Source: Camelus ferus
Taxonomy: Eukaryota
DNA length: 64,000 nt
NCBI RefSeq assembly: GCF_009834535.1
Contig: NC_045728.1
Coordinates: 1,426,001-1,490,000, forward strand
Direction: 5' to 3'
This document shows, piece after piece, positions 34,798 to 47,824 of this stretch. The notes under the pieces are model-generated. The model had not been told where the DNA came from. It saw only the letters and a list, made by a program, of their open reading frames with translations, and did not search any database. The position numbers were made by a program, and so were the translations under genes. Every line of letters begins with the position of its first letter. Position 1 is the first letter of the stretch.

Positions 34798-37700
34798 TCC
34801 GTCCCATTAGCTCCATCCTCTTCCTAGACGGTGTTACTAAAAGAGCCGCGCGTTCTGTTTGCCTGCTGGATGCCTCACTGTTCCCGGATGTAGCCTCCTG
34901 AGGCCGGGACCGTTTCCCCAGTGCTGGGCTCACAGTCGACTTTTAGTAAGTATTTATTTAGTCACTTGATACTGTATTGGATATTTCTAGCGGCCTCCCA
35001 TTGGGCCTGCCTGCTCTAGGCATGGAAGTCCGGGAGCGAGCATGAGAGACGGGTTCCGTCTCCCACCCGGCGTGCTAGCCAGGGAGGGCGGGGCTCGACA
35101 CGCAGTCAGGTGGACAAAGAAACAAGAATAAACCAGAGGCGCAGCAAAGATCAGCGCGCGTGCTAAGGAGAGAGTGAAACGGGGCCACGTGGCCGCATCT
35201 CTCACTGCGCTTGGGGAGCCGCAGCTTCGCGTGCCAGACTGGGGGGGTCGGGCCCCACGGAAGGCCGAGCTGGGGAGAGGGGCAGAAGGAGGCAGGTGTC
35301 GGCACGAAGGCTCGTCGCCTCCGAGGCTCACAGCTGGACCGTGACCGCGCTGCCCCCTCCCTGGACCGCGCTCTCCGCCCAGCTGCCTCACGGAGGGCTG
35401 ATGGGCTTCAGACCTCAGCTCGGGAACCACCCTGTGAGGTCTTCCCTGGTCCCTCCTCCAAGGGGACGGACTCCTGACCTTTGTCACGGACACCCCGTCC
35501 CCGTCACACATTTATAGGAGCGTCTGTCACCCAGCCTCTTTTTCTCTCACCTGTTCAGGCGTTTTCCTTGATCCTCTATTGAATAAGCCCCTTGAAGGCG
35601 GGTCCTACCACTTCCCCCCCTTATGCCTACAGTTCAGCGCAGACCCCAGCATCAGCTTTGTGATGACTGTTCATTTGATTCATGGCTGGGCTGGGACATG
35701 TAACAATGGATACCTACATAAACGGAGGAATTAGAAAGCTGCTGAAAAGCTTTTTTTTCCCTTTTTAGGATTTCATGATTCCTATTTTGAAAACGTGACC
35801 TTCTCCGTTCCTCCGTCTCACCAGTCCTTCCATGACCATTGACTTTATTTTCCGCGGCTCCTTCTGTGTTTGTGTCCATAACGGGTCCGCAGCTGTCCTC
35901 AAGGGAATTCTAGAAACTCCTGGACTCCACCTGTGCCTCGGACGGCTCTGTAGCGCCCCCTCCCCACCCCTTCGCGCACGGGCGCACACGCTTTGTCCGG
36001 GCCAAGGTCTAGGTGTCCCTCCCCCATTGATTTTCCCGCTAGGGCGGACATAAATTGCAGATCTTACTCGGCCCTGGCACGCACTTTCCTGCTTCCAGCT
36101 CTCAGTGGTAAATCTATCTGTCTTTTGATGTCTGTATTAATATAGAGCAAATATTAGCAGATAATGTATTGGTGGCCAAAAGATGAAAGAGGGCTCGGGC
36201 TAGGGTAATGTTCGTAAAGCTCTTGATTTGAACTGTCATAATCCAGTGGGGCTAAATTTATCCTCAAATAGATGAAGGAACATCAGAGGTTCCTTAAAAG
36301 TTATAATATCTTAATTACTGCCATTAAAACCTCATATGCACACATCACATACATCTTGAACTGCAGAGTCTCGAAACAGACATGTTATTTCTCAGAGGAT
36401 CCTGGGGGGACAGAAGTCACGTGGTCCTGCTCCCCCTGCACAAATAATTCCCGGCGGAGAATCTGATGTAGCAGCGCGTTGGTTCTCCCCGCACCGACGA
36501 GGCGCAGCGCAGTGCTTCCCTGCGTGTGTCTTCTTTGTTTGGGAAAGGCCCGCATGATGTTTATCTGTGGTCTCCGTCTGCCCTAAGGTTCCTGTTAAAA
36601 TGTGAGCGGTTAGTGTTCTCACTGCTAATCCTGCACTCTGAAGTACACCCCTCACGCCCACCCGGGTCCGGGAGCCGCGTGCACACGTTAGGACGGAGTT
36701 GCAGACAGCAGGTGCCTTCACCCGTACACTCCCAACCAAAGAGGACAGAGGACATGGGCCAAAAACGCTGGACATGTGCTGTAGACAGTGGACAGTGCAC
36801 ATTAAAGTCCACCTGCTTCTTGACAGGGAAAGACAAGACATAAAGGAGAACGTTTTGCACTTTTTTTGGGACGGGTGCTTTGCTGTGGAAGTGGTGTCCC
36901 CGTCAAAGAGGGCGAACGCAGAGACGGAAGAGGTGCAGGCAGGAACGGCGGCTCGCATGGGTGTCAGGGCACTGCGTTGGAGCTGGATGTGACCACCTGG
37001 GGGAAGGTGGTGAAAGGTGTGGTCTGCGTGTCTGGGGCTCTTCTGGGCCTGGGGACTGACAAATGAGCATAACTCACAGCCTCTCACAGGGGCAGTGACC
37101 TGTCAGGGGACAGAGATACACAAACTCCCAGCTCGTAGGCAAACAAATGCAAATGGCAGGTGCTGTTTGGAATCTACAAAAAGCAAGCTCAGAATAGGAA
37201 CGCGTTCCCGAGCCCTGGCGCTGGCTAGGGAGAAGCAGACCCTGGTTCGAGACCACCGGCCTCCATCCAGGAGCCTGACCAGCAAGCATCATCAAGTCCT
37301 CCCTGTGCGCTCAGGTTCCTTAGGGCCTTAGTTATCCTGTTCCTGAAATGGGGACTGGCAACTCCATCTGCAAGGGCGAACTCGGTGGTATCCCTCACGG
37401 CTGTTCCTGCCTCCTCTGGTGCTGGCCCCACCCTGCACAGGTAGCCTGCCCACCTGTGGCGTGTTGTCCCGAGTGAATTCGCCAGGAGAGTCGCGCGCAC
37501 AGTGCGTGCGGCCTCCCTGCTCTCCGCCTCCTCGGTGGTAATGAGTGTGCTGTCGTGCTGGCTTATAAATCCGTCTTCTGTCAGGTCGGTGGGCATGAGT
37601 CAGTGCTTGAGCTGATGGGATTGATGCTGTGACCCTGCAGACTGGACGACCTGGTCCTGGAGACGTGGTTGCACCCTGCTTACCCCCTTTCCAAGAGCTG

Positions 37701-37838
37701 CCAGCCAGGGGACTCTGCCTGAAGCGGCTGATTGACCTCTTCCTGTAATTACCAGGGTCCCTGCGGCGCCATTTCCACTTCAGAGTTGTCTTTTTAGTGT
37801 TAATGTCATTGCACCAGTAAAATTTTCAGCTAATAAGG

Positions 37839-38314
37839 TGGTAGGGGCTGAATCGCACCCTCCCCCGCCCAGATGTGTTGACGTCCTAATCACTGTTATC
37901 TGTGAATGTGACCTAATTTGGAAATGAGGTCTTTGCAGATGTAATTGAGTTAAAGTGAGGTCATTGGGTCAGAGGTCCTAATCCGAGGTGGGTGGTGCCC
38001 TCATAAGAAGACGGGAATTTGAACACAGACCCACAGAGAGGGAACACGGAGTGAAGACGCGGACACAGACGACGCCTGCGTGAAGGAGGAGGTGGAAACT
38101 GGATGTTTGCTGGCACAGGCCGAAGACGGCTGGGGCTTCCAGAAGCTGGAGGAGGACAGAGAGGGACCCTTCCCAGGTGCTCTGGGGAGAGCAGGGTCCT
38201 GCTGGAACCTTGCTTTCGGACCTCTGGTCTCCAGGACTGCGAGAAGGTCAGCTTCTGTCGTGGGGAGCCCCCGTCTGCGGTGCTTTGTTGCGGCAGCCGT
38301 GGGAAACCGTCAGA
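37839..38314 (+). mobile_element. MaLR solo LTR (MLT1C-like)
   Basis: gggctgaatc...gtgaatgtgacctaatttggaaatgaggtctttgcagatgtaattgagttaa...ccagaagctggaggagg...tgctttgttgcggcagccgtgggaaac matches the MLT1 consensus from end to end. Confidence 0.9.
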
Positions 38315-41300
38315 GGCTCTGGCTAGCTTTCACCTTGGACTTCGAGCTCACTTAGAGTTTGGTTGGACCTGGGTTTTTTTTCCCCATGTGCGTTTTCTCA
38401 GGAAGGGAAAGGGTAAACTTGAGTCCTAAAGACCCAAAGGCGTTTGGGTCTAACTCCTGTGACTGTCAGTGTCTCCCTGCCCTTCGCCTGCTCAGGAAGA
38501 AGCCCTGTTGTTCCTTGCGTGGAATGTAATCTGACGTCAGACAGCTTCTCAGGAAGGGGCTGCGAGCTGGGAGTCGGTGACCTAGAAAACGCGAAATAAC
38601 GATTCATTAAATCTCACAAGCTTCACTCGCAGGTTACCTGGGAGCAGGTTAGCGACTCTGCTCTAAATTGTTGGCTGTGCCGGATAAGCAGGCAGTTTGG
38701 CCTTACATACTTCGTTTATTTTTCAGGTTAGATCCTGTTTCTCCAAACTATAGTTCATCCTAAATATTCTTACAGGGTTGCCTTTAAACTTGTGAAAAGT
38801 CCTGTTCGTGACAAATTATTAAAACCATTCAGGAAGGAATGAACAGGTGTGACCCACTGATTCTCAGGGTTTTGTTTGATTTTTTTTTAAACATTGACTT
38901 CTTTGAGACTCTGATTAATGCTGATTTTATATGTATATGTTTGTATAATATCACATATGTGTCTATGTGTATGGAATGTAAGTTGCATACCGTTTCAGGA
39001 GGTTAACAGACATTGTCTGAGCTCTGTCCGTGGTCCACGTGGGCTGAACAACTGTCCATAAATGGAGGGTGTCTATCCTTTGACTGGGATGAAGGATTCA
39101 GCCAGAAATCATACGTTAAATTTTAACACGGGCTGGGTCTCTTCCAGTCATGATTTGGAGTTTGGGCTTCTGGCTTTAAAGAATGTTGGTTTGCTCTCCC
39201 CTTCCTTTATTTTGGACTGTTCTTTCTGGAATTCTAAGTGGTATGATTTTTTTTCCCATCACAAGCGAAAAAGAAGTTGGGGATGAACATGCAATTAGAT
39301 GCTTAATTGCCTTTTGATGAGGCTGAGGGTTGTGGAGTTGGGGCGTGTGACTAGGGGTTCTTTAGCGACTCGCAGCCTCGCAGAAGAAGGCTGTGGCCCA
39401 GCAGAACCAGCGGATCCCCGGCCCTTCTTGGAGCCAGTGCTGTTTGAGCGATGTTGTCATGCGGTCAAGGTCCCACAGGAGAGGTAAGCGTGGTGGGAAG
39501 GACTTGAGGCGAGCCCGCTTGTCCTTGGATGGAGGGTAAGAGGGTCCTGGAGACCAAGAGACGGCAGGAGTGAGAAAGGGGAGTGAGGGCAGACAGGAGG
39601 GGCACTTGGGAAGACAAAAGGATTGCTGCTTCACGACCGTATTTTGTAGGACAGGACAAAAGGGAAACCTCAAATGGCAGCCGGGGCACCACTGTCCCAA
39701 GCTTTGTGCAGGGCTCCTGGTGCCCACACAGATCTGACAGCCTGACTCTGATGAGTGAAACGCGCCGGGCGGGAGCAGGCGGGGGCGGTTGTGTGGGGGG
39801 CTTGCGTGGTGGGGGTGGGAGGCAGGGGAGAATGACGCAGCGGTCCTCTCCGGCCCTCCCACCAGCCCTGACGGACGGTTCTGGAGAGGCAGGAGGGGCA
39901 GCGTCTGTTTAAAGATGGTAGTTAAGAAAATGTGTCTAAGCAGAGGGAAGGCGGCCGCTCTGACTCGGCTGTCGGTGTGTCTGGTGAAGCAGGACGGACT
40001 CACCTGCGCGCTGACACGCAGCTGCGCCAACGTGGCTGAGAACAGCAGCCCCCGTCTGCACGGCGGCGGGGGCTGCGGCCGAGAGCCCCTGGGCGCCTGC
40101 GGGCTCGTGCATGCAGATGATGCCCCCTTGACTGGAAGTCATTCCTCTCCGGTTTCTTCCAAGGGGGTTGGATCACTGCCTCCCATTGTCTGCTGCACCA
40201 GCATTTAAACACCAATTTGTTGTTTGGAGTTTGGACCTCTGTTCGCTGGGTGATAGTGAGGTGTATTAACCTCACGCTTCTGAAATTTCCTCTTGTCTTC
40301 TGTGTGGATTTTTTTTTTAATGCCAAGTGTAATTGCTGTGATTTGCCCAATTGCTTTCGTGTACCTGTAGGGAGACAGGTTTATGACACCGGGATGTACG
40401 AGTCAGTGAGCAAAATTAAGCCTCCATTATCTGAGTCCATGACTGTAGCTCTCTTACAGAAAAGAAATTGTAGGTGGGATAAATCTGATGCTGAACTTCG
40501 AGAGACCTTGCCTCGCGCAGGCACATTCTAAATGTATCCTGTTGCCTCAAAGGCATTGCATTTGGTTCTGCTTTCTCTGCACTCTCTTTCACCAGCTGCT
40601 GCTGAACATCGGGGCTGCTGCTGTGTAAAGAGATGCCCCCCCTGCAGCTAAAACACATTTCCACTTTTCACTCAGAAGACAAGGCCCACGCGTGTCTCTT
40701 GTCCTTAGAAAGCAAGACACACGCGCGATTAAGGGGCCAGGTAGAGACGCAGAACTCATTAGAGAAAGGTGCCCCCCACCCTCTGTTTCTGCTGGTTAAG
40801 CTCTGCAGGCACACCTTCCTGGAAACCCCCTGGGTTCCGTCCACGAGCCGGCGCCTCATGGCGCTGTCTGTGATTGGGCTGTCGTGACTTTGGGTCCTGG
40901 TCCTGTTTGAGGGCAGAGCACAGGCAAAGGGGCTGCTGATGAAGAGAGAGTTTCAGAGGGGGTCCTGGCGAACCCACACTCCAGGTAGGCTGTGCGCGGG
41001 CAGGAGGCTCGGGCTGGGAGCTGGGTGATCGGACCCAGGCCTGTCTGGTGCTTCACACACAACTCCAGCCCCGTTCTCACGGACTGAGGTAGAGATGATG
41101 CCACTTCAGTGGGAGGTAGAGTCCAAAACACAAAACAGCTTTATGGATACGTTGAGGTGCAATTACAAACCACATCCGTACCATCTGGGGAAGTCTGAAC
41201 GCTCAGCGGGGCCCTCGCGTGGTTCATGGGGTCCCTGTAGCAATCGGAGGGGACGCCAGATGTGCAGTCACCTTGTGGGCAATTGACGGAAAACGCCGCA

Positions 41301-42494
41301 CAGTCTAAGTTAGTGAACAGAGAGGAGGAGGCGTGCGTGAGCCAGTAAGAAGGCAGCGTGGGCGCGTGGAAGGCGCACAGACTGGGAAAGCGGGGACTCA
41401 GCACAGCCTCTGTTCTGCCGTCTCAGAGCAGCCGTTACCCACACCCTGGCCTCTCCAGGCAGTGGGCCCTCCTGTAAGTGTCCTAGAGGGCGTTTCACTT
41501 CCCTGCCTGCAATGCTGCAAGTCTGGGCTGTCAATGCACAGCTCACATTATACTTAATATTAAATGCACATTGTTAATGTGTAGTTAGTGTTATACATGA
41601 CGTTGGATGTATATTGTCCATACACAGTTACCGTGAACGGGTGTAGACAGATGGGCCCGGATGCACGGGTTCAGACCACTTCGGTGGTGCGCAGAGCACA
41701 GTGGGGTCCGTGGGCTCCGCCGCCAGCCGGGGGCCGCCCCAGGCAGATGTGAAGGAGGCAGTGGGAGCCGAGCTGGAAGGCTCCGACCTGGGCCGGCGCC
41801 GGCTGAGCAGGCGGGAGGCTCGGTCCTCAGCCGGCGGGTCTCTGAGCTTCCTGCTTCCCCTCGGGGAACGGGTCGGCAGGGCGGAGCCGAGGCCCTTCTC
41901 GAACTCCGTCTGCACGACGGGGTGGGTGCGTTGTGTGGAAGCTCCCCGGCTGGTGCTTTTTTCTGGGTCTGTCCCGCTTTTCCGTCACGCGTTCACCGAC
42001 GCGTTCAGGGACGCTGGCTCGTTTCTTCATAACCAGGGCCGCCGTTTGCTGCAGGTCCGCCGCTCACTGGGCTTCGCGCTGACGCTCTCCGACGCTTCCT
42101 GGGTGCACAGCCCTTGTGAGGTTGTCCTGTTTCAGCTTAGTTTCCTTACCCACCAAATAGAGGCGATAATCCTTTCTCGGAGGGTTGCAGTGAGATCTAG
42201 AGGCGCTAATCCGTCCGCGGCATTTAGCACGTGATGAGCACCCAGCATACACCAGCTGCCCTCGTTCTCACAGCGGATTCCCATTTGTGAGGCTCCGTGT
42301 CCTCACCGTTAGGGGCGACCGTGGCCCCTCCGGGAAGGCCAGGCGGCACTTGGGCTGGCTGGCAGCGACAGGTGTCGCGCGGCCTGATTCTTCCAATACC
42401 GCGACTAATAGCGTCCTAACTACAACGCTTTGATGGAAGCAGGTGCGTTTTGAAGTTGGATTATTCTGGATTTTTAATGTCAGTTATTCCAGTT

Positions 42495-42600
42495 CCTCAC
42501 TGTGCTGCTGGGAAAGTGACTTAAGCTCCCCGTGCCTCTGTTTCCCTGTCTTTCAAAGGAGGATCTCTTTACAGGGTGGTTTTATGTAGACAGCAAGGCC
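42495..42600 (+). mobile_element. MIR fragment
   Basis: gggaaagtgacttaagctccccgtgcctctgtttccctgtctttcaaagg matches the MIR core. Confidence 0.6.
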
Positions 42601-42919
42601 ACAGACTGCGTCCGACGTCTGGCCTGCTGTCCAGCGCACGGTCAGCTGCTGAAATCTGGGTCCCTGCCCAGCACTGGCTGCTTGCTTAGTCATTTGGTGG
42701 GGAATTCCCTGAGCACGCTGTCAGTCATAAATAGCCAGATAGCCTAGGGGTCATCCACGTTGGCCCTGGCTTTCTTTGGGGCAAGACAGGATTTCCCCAG
42801 CTTGGATGTTCTGTCTAACATTTACCATTTGCACAGGACACGAGGGCAAAAAGTGGCAAACAATAGGGACATTTTACTTGTGGTTAACAAGAACATAATT
42901 TTGCTTTCTTGCTCATGGA

Positions 42920-43935
42920 ACTTTAAAAACAAATTAATAGAGATTGTATCTTGGAGTAGTTTTAGGTTTACAGCAAAGTCAAGCAGAATGTCCAGAGGGC
43001 CCCCCACAAACCCCGCCCCAGCGTCCTCTGCCATTTGCATCCTGCCTCGGTGCGGTCCGCTGGTCACAGTGGGCCAACCTCCGTCGACGTCATTATCGAC
43101 AAAGTCCACGTTTTACATTAGGGTTCACGCTTTGTGTGGTACCTGCCGTGGGCTCACAAATGAGCAGTGGGCTGCACCCACCACCAGAGCCTCACACGGC
43201 GTGGCTCCATCTCTCCGTCCCTCCCTCCCCGGCCTCCTGGCAACCACTGATCTTCTTACCGTCTCCAGAGTTTTGCCTTTTCCAGAATGTGTTAGAGTTG
43301 AAATTGTACAGCATGTGGCCTTTTCAGATGAGGCTTGATAGCTCATTTCTTTTTAGCACTGAATAATATGCCGTTTTACGACTGTGCTGGTTTATCTATC
43401 CAATCAGCTATGGGAGAACATTTGATTGCCTCCAAGTTTTGGCAGTTATGAAGGCAGCTGATACAAACATGGTGAGCAGGTTTTTGTGTGGACATAACTT
43501 TTCAGCTCATCTGGGCAAGTGCCAAGGACCACATGTACGAGACTGTACAGTAAGAGTAAGCTGAGTTTTGTGAGAGACGCCAAGCTGCCTTCCCACCAGC
43601 CGTGGAGGGGGGTCTGTCGCTCCACGTCTGTGTCAGCGCTCGGCGCTGTCCGTGCTCCGGAGCGTTGTGATAGGTGAGCAGTGGTGTCTCGTTGTCCTGA
43701 TTTGCGGTCCCCTAATGAGAAACGATGTTGAGCGTCTTTTCATATTCTTGTTTGCCACCTGCAGATCATTCCTGACAAGCTGCCTGATCTTCCTGCCCAC
43801 TTTTAATTGGGTTGTTCGTTTCTCAGTGTTCGGTTTTAAGAGTTGCGTCTGCAGTTTGGAAAGAAGTACTTTATCAGCTGTGTCTTTTGCACACGTCTTC
43901 TGCCGGCCTATGTGGCTTGTCTTCTTATTCTCTTG
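42920..43935 (-). mobile_element. Old LINE-1 3' portion (L1MB/L1MC type), GC-shifted
   Basis: ttggagtagttttaggtttacagcaaagtcaagcagaa...ttacattagggttcacgctttg...agttttgccttttccagaatgt...ttgcctccaagttttggcagttatg...atgttgagcgtcttttcata are hallmark L1M 3' segments. Confidence 0.85.
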
Positions 43936-45399
43936 CTGGTTCATGGGACTTTAAAAGAGTAATTTCCTGTCTTTAAAAAGGAAATAAAAGTGGAACAAGA
44001 AAAATGTTTCTGTTAAATTGTGTTGTAAAGTGTTAAGACAGATCTGATGCTGAATGGACCAGTATTTAGAGACTTACTGGTTTATTTCCCCCTTTTCTTT
44101 AGTCCTCTCTTTGCCTCTCATGGTGGCGAGCATGGTGGTCGCTGTTCTGGCGGCGAGCACGGTGGTGGGCGAGTTACAGTCCCTAGAAGTGTCCCCCTAA
44201 GTCCTTGCTGGGCGAAGCCGCCCCGGGGGCTGTGTCTTCCCCTCCCTCTCACCGGAGACGGAGCAACTGCGATGCCTCCTTCCCTAGGGCCCAGGCCTTC
44301 TTAGCCAGAACCCAGACTCAGACAAATCTAGCCCAAAGCAGATAAATCCTGTGCGAACAATGTAGTAAGAGGTAAGTTAAGAGAAAGATCTTCCTACCAG
44401 ACAAGTGCCCAACTGTGGATGAAAACAGCTGAGGCCATGCTGGGACGCGCTCTGGCCAGGCTTTGTAAATGAGCCTTCTCTGCTGCTCATAATAGTCTTG
44501 GGACAAGGGCCGCGTGGCTGCTGGGCGTGCCCGTCGTGGCAAAGGCAGGTGCTTTTGAGTCCTGCCCCGACTCTGCGCGTTCTCTTTGTGGCTGCCATTC
44601 CCGGGGGTCCCTTCACTGCCTGTGTGCAAGGGGACCTGCCACCCCTGCAGGCAGCCTGGCAGATGGAAAGTTCGGAGGGTGAGAAACCCTTCCCGGAATG
44701 GAATGCACCGTGAAATGTGTTTGAAAACAAAGGTGTTAATGACAATGGTCATCAAAACCCTGCCTTTTCAGATGCATTTTTTTTTTTTGCGGTTTCTGGA
44801 CCCAAAAGTGCTCGTTGTGTGTTGAAATTTCAGGTGGTTGGCTGACCGCGTGACAGGCGATCGCACGTCTTGAAGTCGTGCAAGCGCAGCTGGGCCTGAA
44901 TCTGCCCGTCCGCCCCCTGCGCGCACCCCAGGGGGAGGCAGGCCTCACACGCCCTGGAGCTGCTGCAGACAGGCACACCTCTGGGCCCGGCTTTTGTGGA
45001 AACCGCCCTTCTGAGAGGATAAAAAATAAAACACCCTAAGAATAAAAAACAAACAGACCTGAGTGTTCAGGAGGCGGTGGGTTCATTGTGGACGAAGAAG
45101 GAACCAAAGAACTCAATCAACGTGAAGAGTAAGAGAGAGTCGTGGGAGGGGCGGTGGCCCCCAGCCCAGCCCAGAGGTACGTGCCCTCCGCGGCCTGAAC
45201 CCTCCCTCCACTCGGTGAAACTCACAGGGACTCCGCCCATTGGTAATGCGTTTAGGTCAACAGGCTTCCTCTGGGGTGGCTGAAGGGCCAGGAGTCATTC
45301 ACATGCTCTCCCAGTGGAAGCCGGGGTCGCGCACCCCGAGGACGGAAGAACGGAACGGCCCAGACTGAGAGCCGGGCTGTGCCAGGCCGGGTCGCTCTG

Positions 45400-45545
45400 T
45401 GAAATCTATCCCATTAACCTTCACGGTAGTTTTTCAGAAAAGGAATTATTTTCTCATTTTACTGTTGAGAAAGTGGAGGCATAAAAACTTGTCCGGGGAC
45501 ACCTGTCAGAGGGAGGAGGTGGGATTTAAACCCAGGTCTGTTCTG
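45400..45545 (-). mobile_element. MIR SINE remnant
   Basis: ttattttctcattttactgttgagaaagtggaggc...gggatttaaacccaggtctg matches reverse MIR. Confidence 0.65.
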
Positions 45546-45689
45546 GTCGTGAGTGGGAACGTTGAGGTGGAGAGAGCTGAACAAGGTGGTTTGGGACGGG
45601 CATCCTTGAGGCTGGGCTCCGCACATCCTTAGATCACGGGGTATATAGAGGCCCCGTGCAGCCATAATGTGATTTATTCATTCATTAAA

Positions 45690-47820
45690 TAAATCAATTT
45701 TGTTTGTTTTTTAATGTTTATAATTTTTATTGAAGTATAATCAGTTTACAATGTGTTAATTTTTCAGCATAATGTTTCAGTTATACACATATATGTATTC
45801 CTTTTCATATTCTTTTTTCATTGTAAGTAATAACAAGATATTGAATGTAGTTCTCGGTGCTGTACAGGACTTTGTTGTTTATCTATTTTATATATAGGAG
45901 TTAGTATCTGCAAATCCCGAACTCCTAATTTATCCCTCCACCCTCTCTACCCCACTGGTAGCCATAAGTTTGTTTTCGATGTCTGTGAGTCTGTTTCTGT
46001 TTTGTGAATAAATTCATTTGTGTATTTTTTTAGATTCCACATGTGAGCGATCTCATATGATATTTTTCTTTCTCTTTATGGCTTACTTCACTTATAATGG
46101 CAATCTCTAGGTCCATCCATGTTGCTGCAAATGGCATTATTTCATTGTTTTTTATGGCTGAGTAGTATTCCATTGTATAAATACACCACAGCTTCTTTAT
46201 CCAGCCATCTGTCAGTGGACATTTAGATGCTTCCATGTCTTGGCTGTTGTAAATAGTGCTGCTGTGAACATTGGGGTGCCTGAATCTTTTCAAATTAGAG
46301 TCCCCTCCCGATATATGCCCAGGAGCGGGATTCCTGGGTCATATAGTAAGTNNNNNNNNNNNNNNNNNNNNNNNNNNNNNNNNNNNNNNNNNNNNNNNNN
46401 NNNNNNNNNNNNNNNNNNNNNNNNNNNNNNNNNNNNNNNNNNNNNNNNNNNNNNNNNNNNNNNNNNNNNNNNNNNNNNNNNNNNNNNNGAATGATGGCCG
46501 TTCTGACTGGTGTGAGGTGACACCTCATTGTGGTTTTGATTTGCATTTTTCTGATAATTAGTGATAGTGAGCATTTTTTTCTTGTGCCTCTTGGCCATTT
46601 GTGTGTCTTCATTGGAGAATGGCTTGTTTAGGCCTTCTGCCCATTTTTTGATTGGGTTTTTTAATTTATTTTTTGTTATTAGGTTGTATGAACAGTTTGT
46701 ATATTCTGGAAATTAAGTCCTGTCACTCGCATCATTTGCAAATATTTTCTCCCATTCTGTGAGTTGTTTTTTCATTTTGTTTACAGTTTCCTTTCCTGTG
46801 CAAAAGCTGATAAGTTTAATTAGGCCCCATTTGTTCATTTTTGCTTTTATTTCTATTGCCTGGGTAGACTGCCCTAAGAGAACGTTGCTAAGATTTATGT
46901 CAGAGAATGTTTTGCTTATGTTTTCTTTTAGGAGGTGTATCATGTCTTGTCTTTTATTTAAGTCTTCAAGCCATTTTGAGTTTATTTTTGTGTACGATGT
47001 GAGGGAGTATTCTAACTTCATTGATTTGCATGCTGCTGTCCAGCTTTCCCAGCACCATTTGCTGAAGAGATTTTCTTCTTTCTGTTGTATATTCTTGCCT
47101 CCTTTGTCGAAGATTAATTGACCGTAGGTGTGTGGCTTTATTTCTGGGCTCTCTATTCTATTCCATTGATCTATAGGTCTGTTTCTGTGCCAACACCACA
47201 TTGTTTTGATCACTGTAGCTCTGTAGTAGTGTCTGAAGTCTGGGAGGGTAATTCCTCCAGCTTCATTCTTTTTCTTCAGTACGGCTTTGGCAATTCTGGG
47301 TCTTTTGTGATTCCATACTAACTTTAGGATTATTCTAGTTCTGTGAAGAATGTCCTGGGTAATTTGACAGTGATCACATTAAATCTGTAGGCTGCTTTGG
47401 GTAGTATGTCCATTTTAATGATATTAATTCTTCCAATCCAAGAGCATGGGTTATCTTTCAATTTCTTTGAATTGTCTTTAATTTCCTTAATCAGTGTTTT
47501 GTAGTTCTTAGCATGTAAATCTTTCACCTCCTTGGTCAAGTTTATTCCTAAGTGTTTTACTTTTTTGATGTGATTTTAAAAGGACTTATTTTTACTCTCC
47601 TTTTCTGATATTTCATTGTTAGTGTAAAGAAATGCAACAGATTTCTGCATGTTAATCTTGCGTCCTGCTACCTTGCTGGGTTTGTTCATCAGCTCTACTA
47701 GTTTTTGCGTGGAGTCTTCAGGGTTTTCTATATATAGTATCATGTCATCCACATGTAGCAACAATGTTATCTCTTCTCTTCCAATTTGGATCCCTTTTAT
47801 TTCTTCTTCTGGCCTGATCG
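45690..47820 (-). mobile_element. Relatively young 5'-truncated LINE-1 (about 2.1 kb; ORF2 3' half, 3'UTR and polyA tail), contains an assembly gap
   Basis: Minus-strand ORFs with clear L1 ORF2 homology: [36 protein letters not shown] (46713-47213), [38 protein letters not shown] (47330-47539), WIKKLWCIYTMEYYSAIKNNEIMPFAATWMDLE (46030-46293). T-rich tail at about 45690-45730. ORF2 is broken by stops and frameshifts. Confidence 0.97.
46352..46488. other. Assembly gap (137 N) inside the L1
   Basis: Run of N read directly. Confidence 1.
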
Positions 47821-47824
47821 GTAT

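Noticed and set aside
36392-37087. 231-aa minus-strand ORF; similarly 39362-40030 (222 aa), 26508-27137 (209 aa), 49571-50191 (206 aa), 7203-7757 (184 aa) and 57537-58085 (182 aa)
   Set aside because: No recognisable domains, composition dominated by GC-rich codons (R, P, A, G, S, C), overlapping ORFs on both strands, and some run through microsatellites or MIRs. Expected by chance where stop codons are depleted.
42760-43338. 192-aa plus-strand ORF
   Set aside because: It lies largely on the antisense strand of a decayed L1 3' region and is not a host gene.
46240-46612. ORFs containing X runs (also 50957-51514)
   Set aside because: These are artefacts of translating through N gaps.
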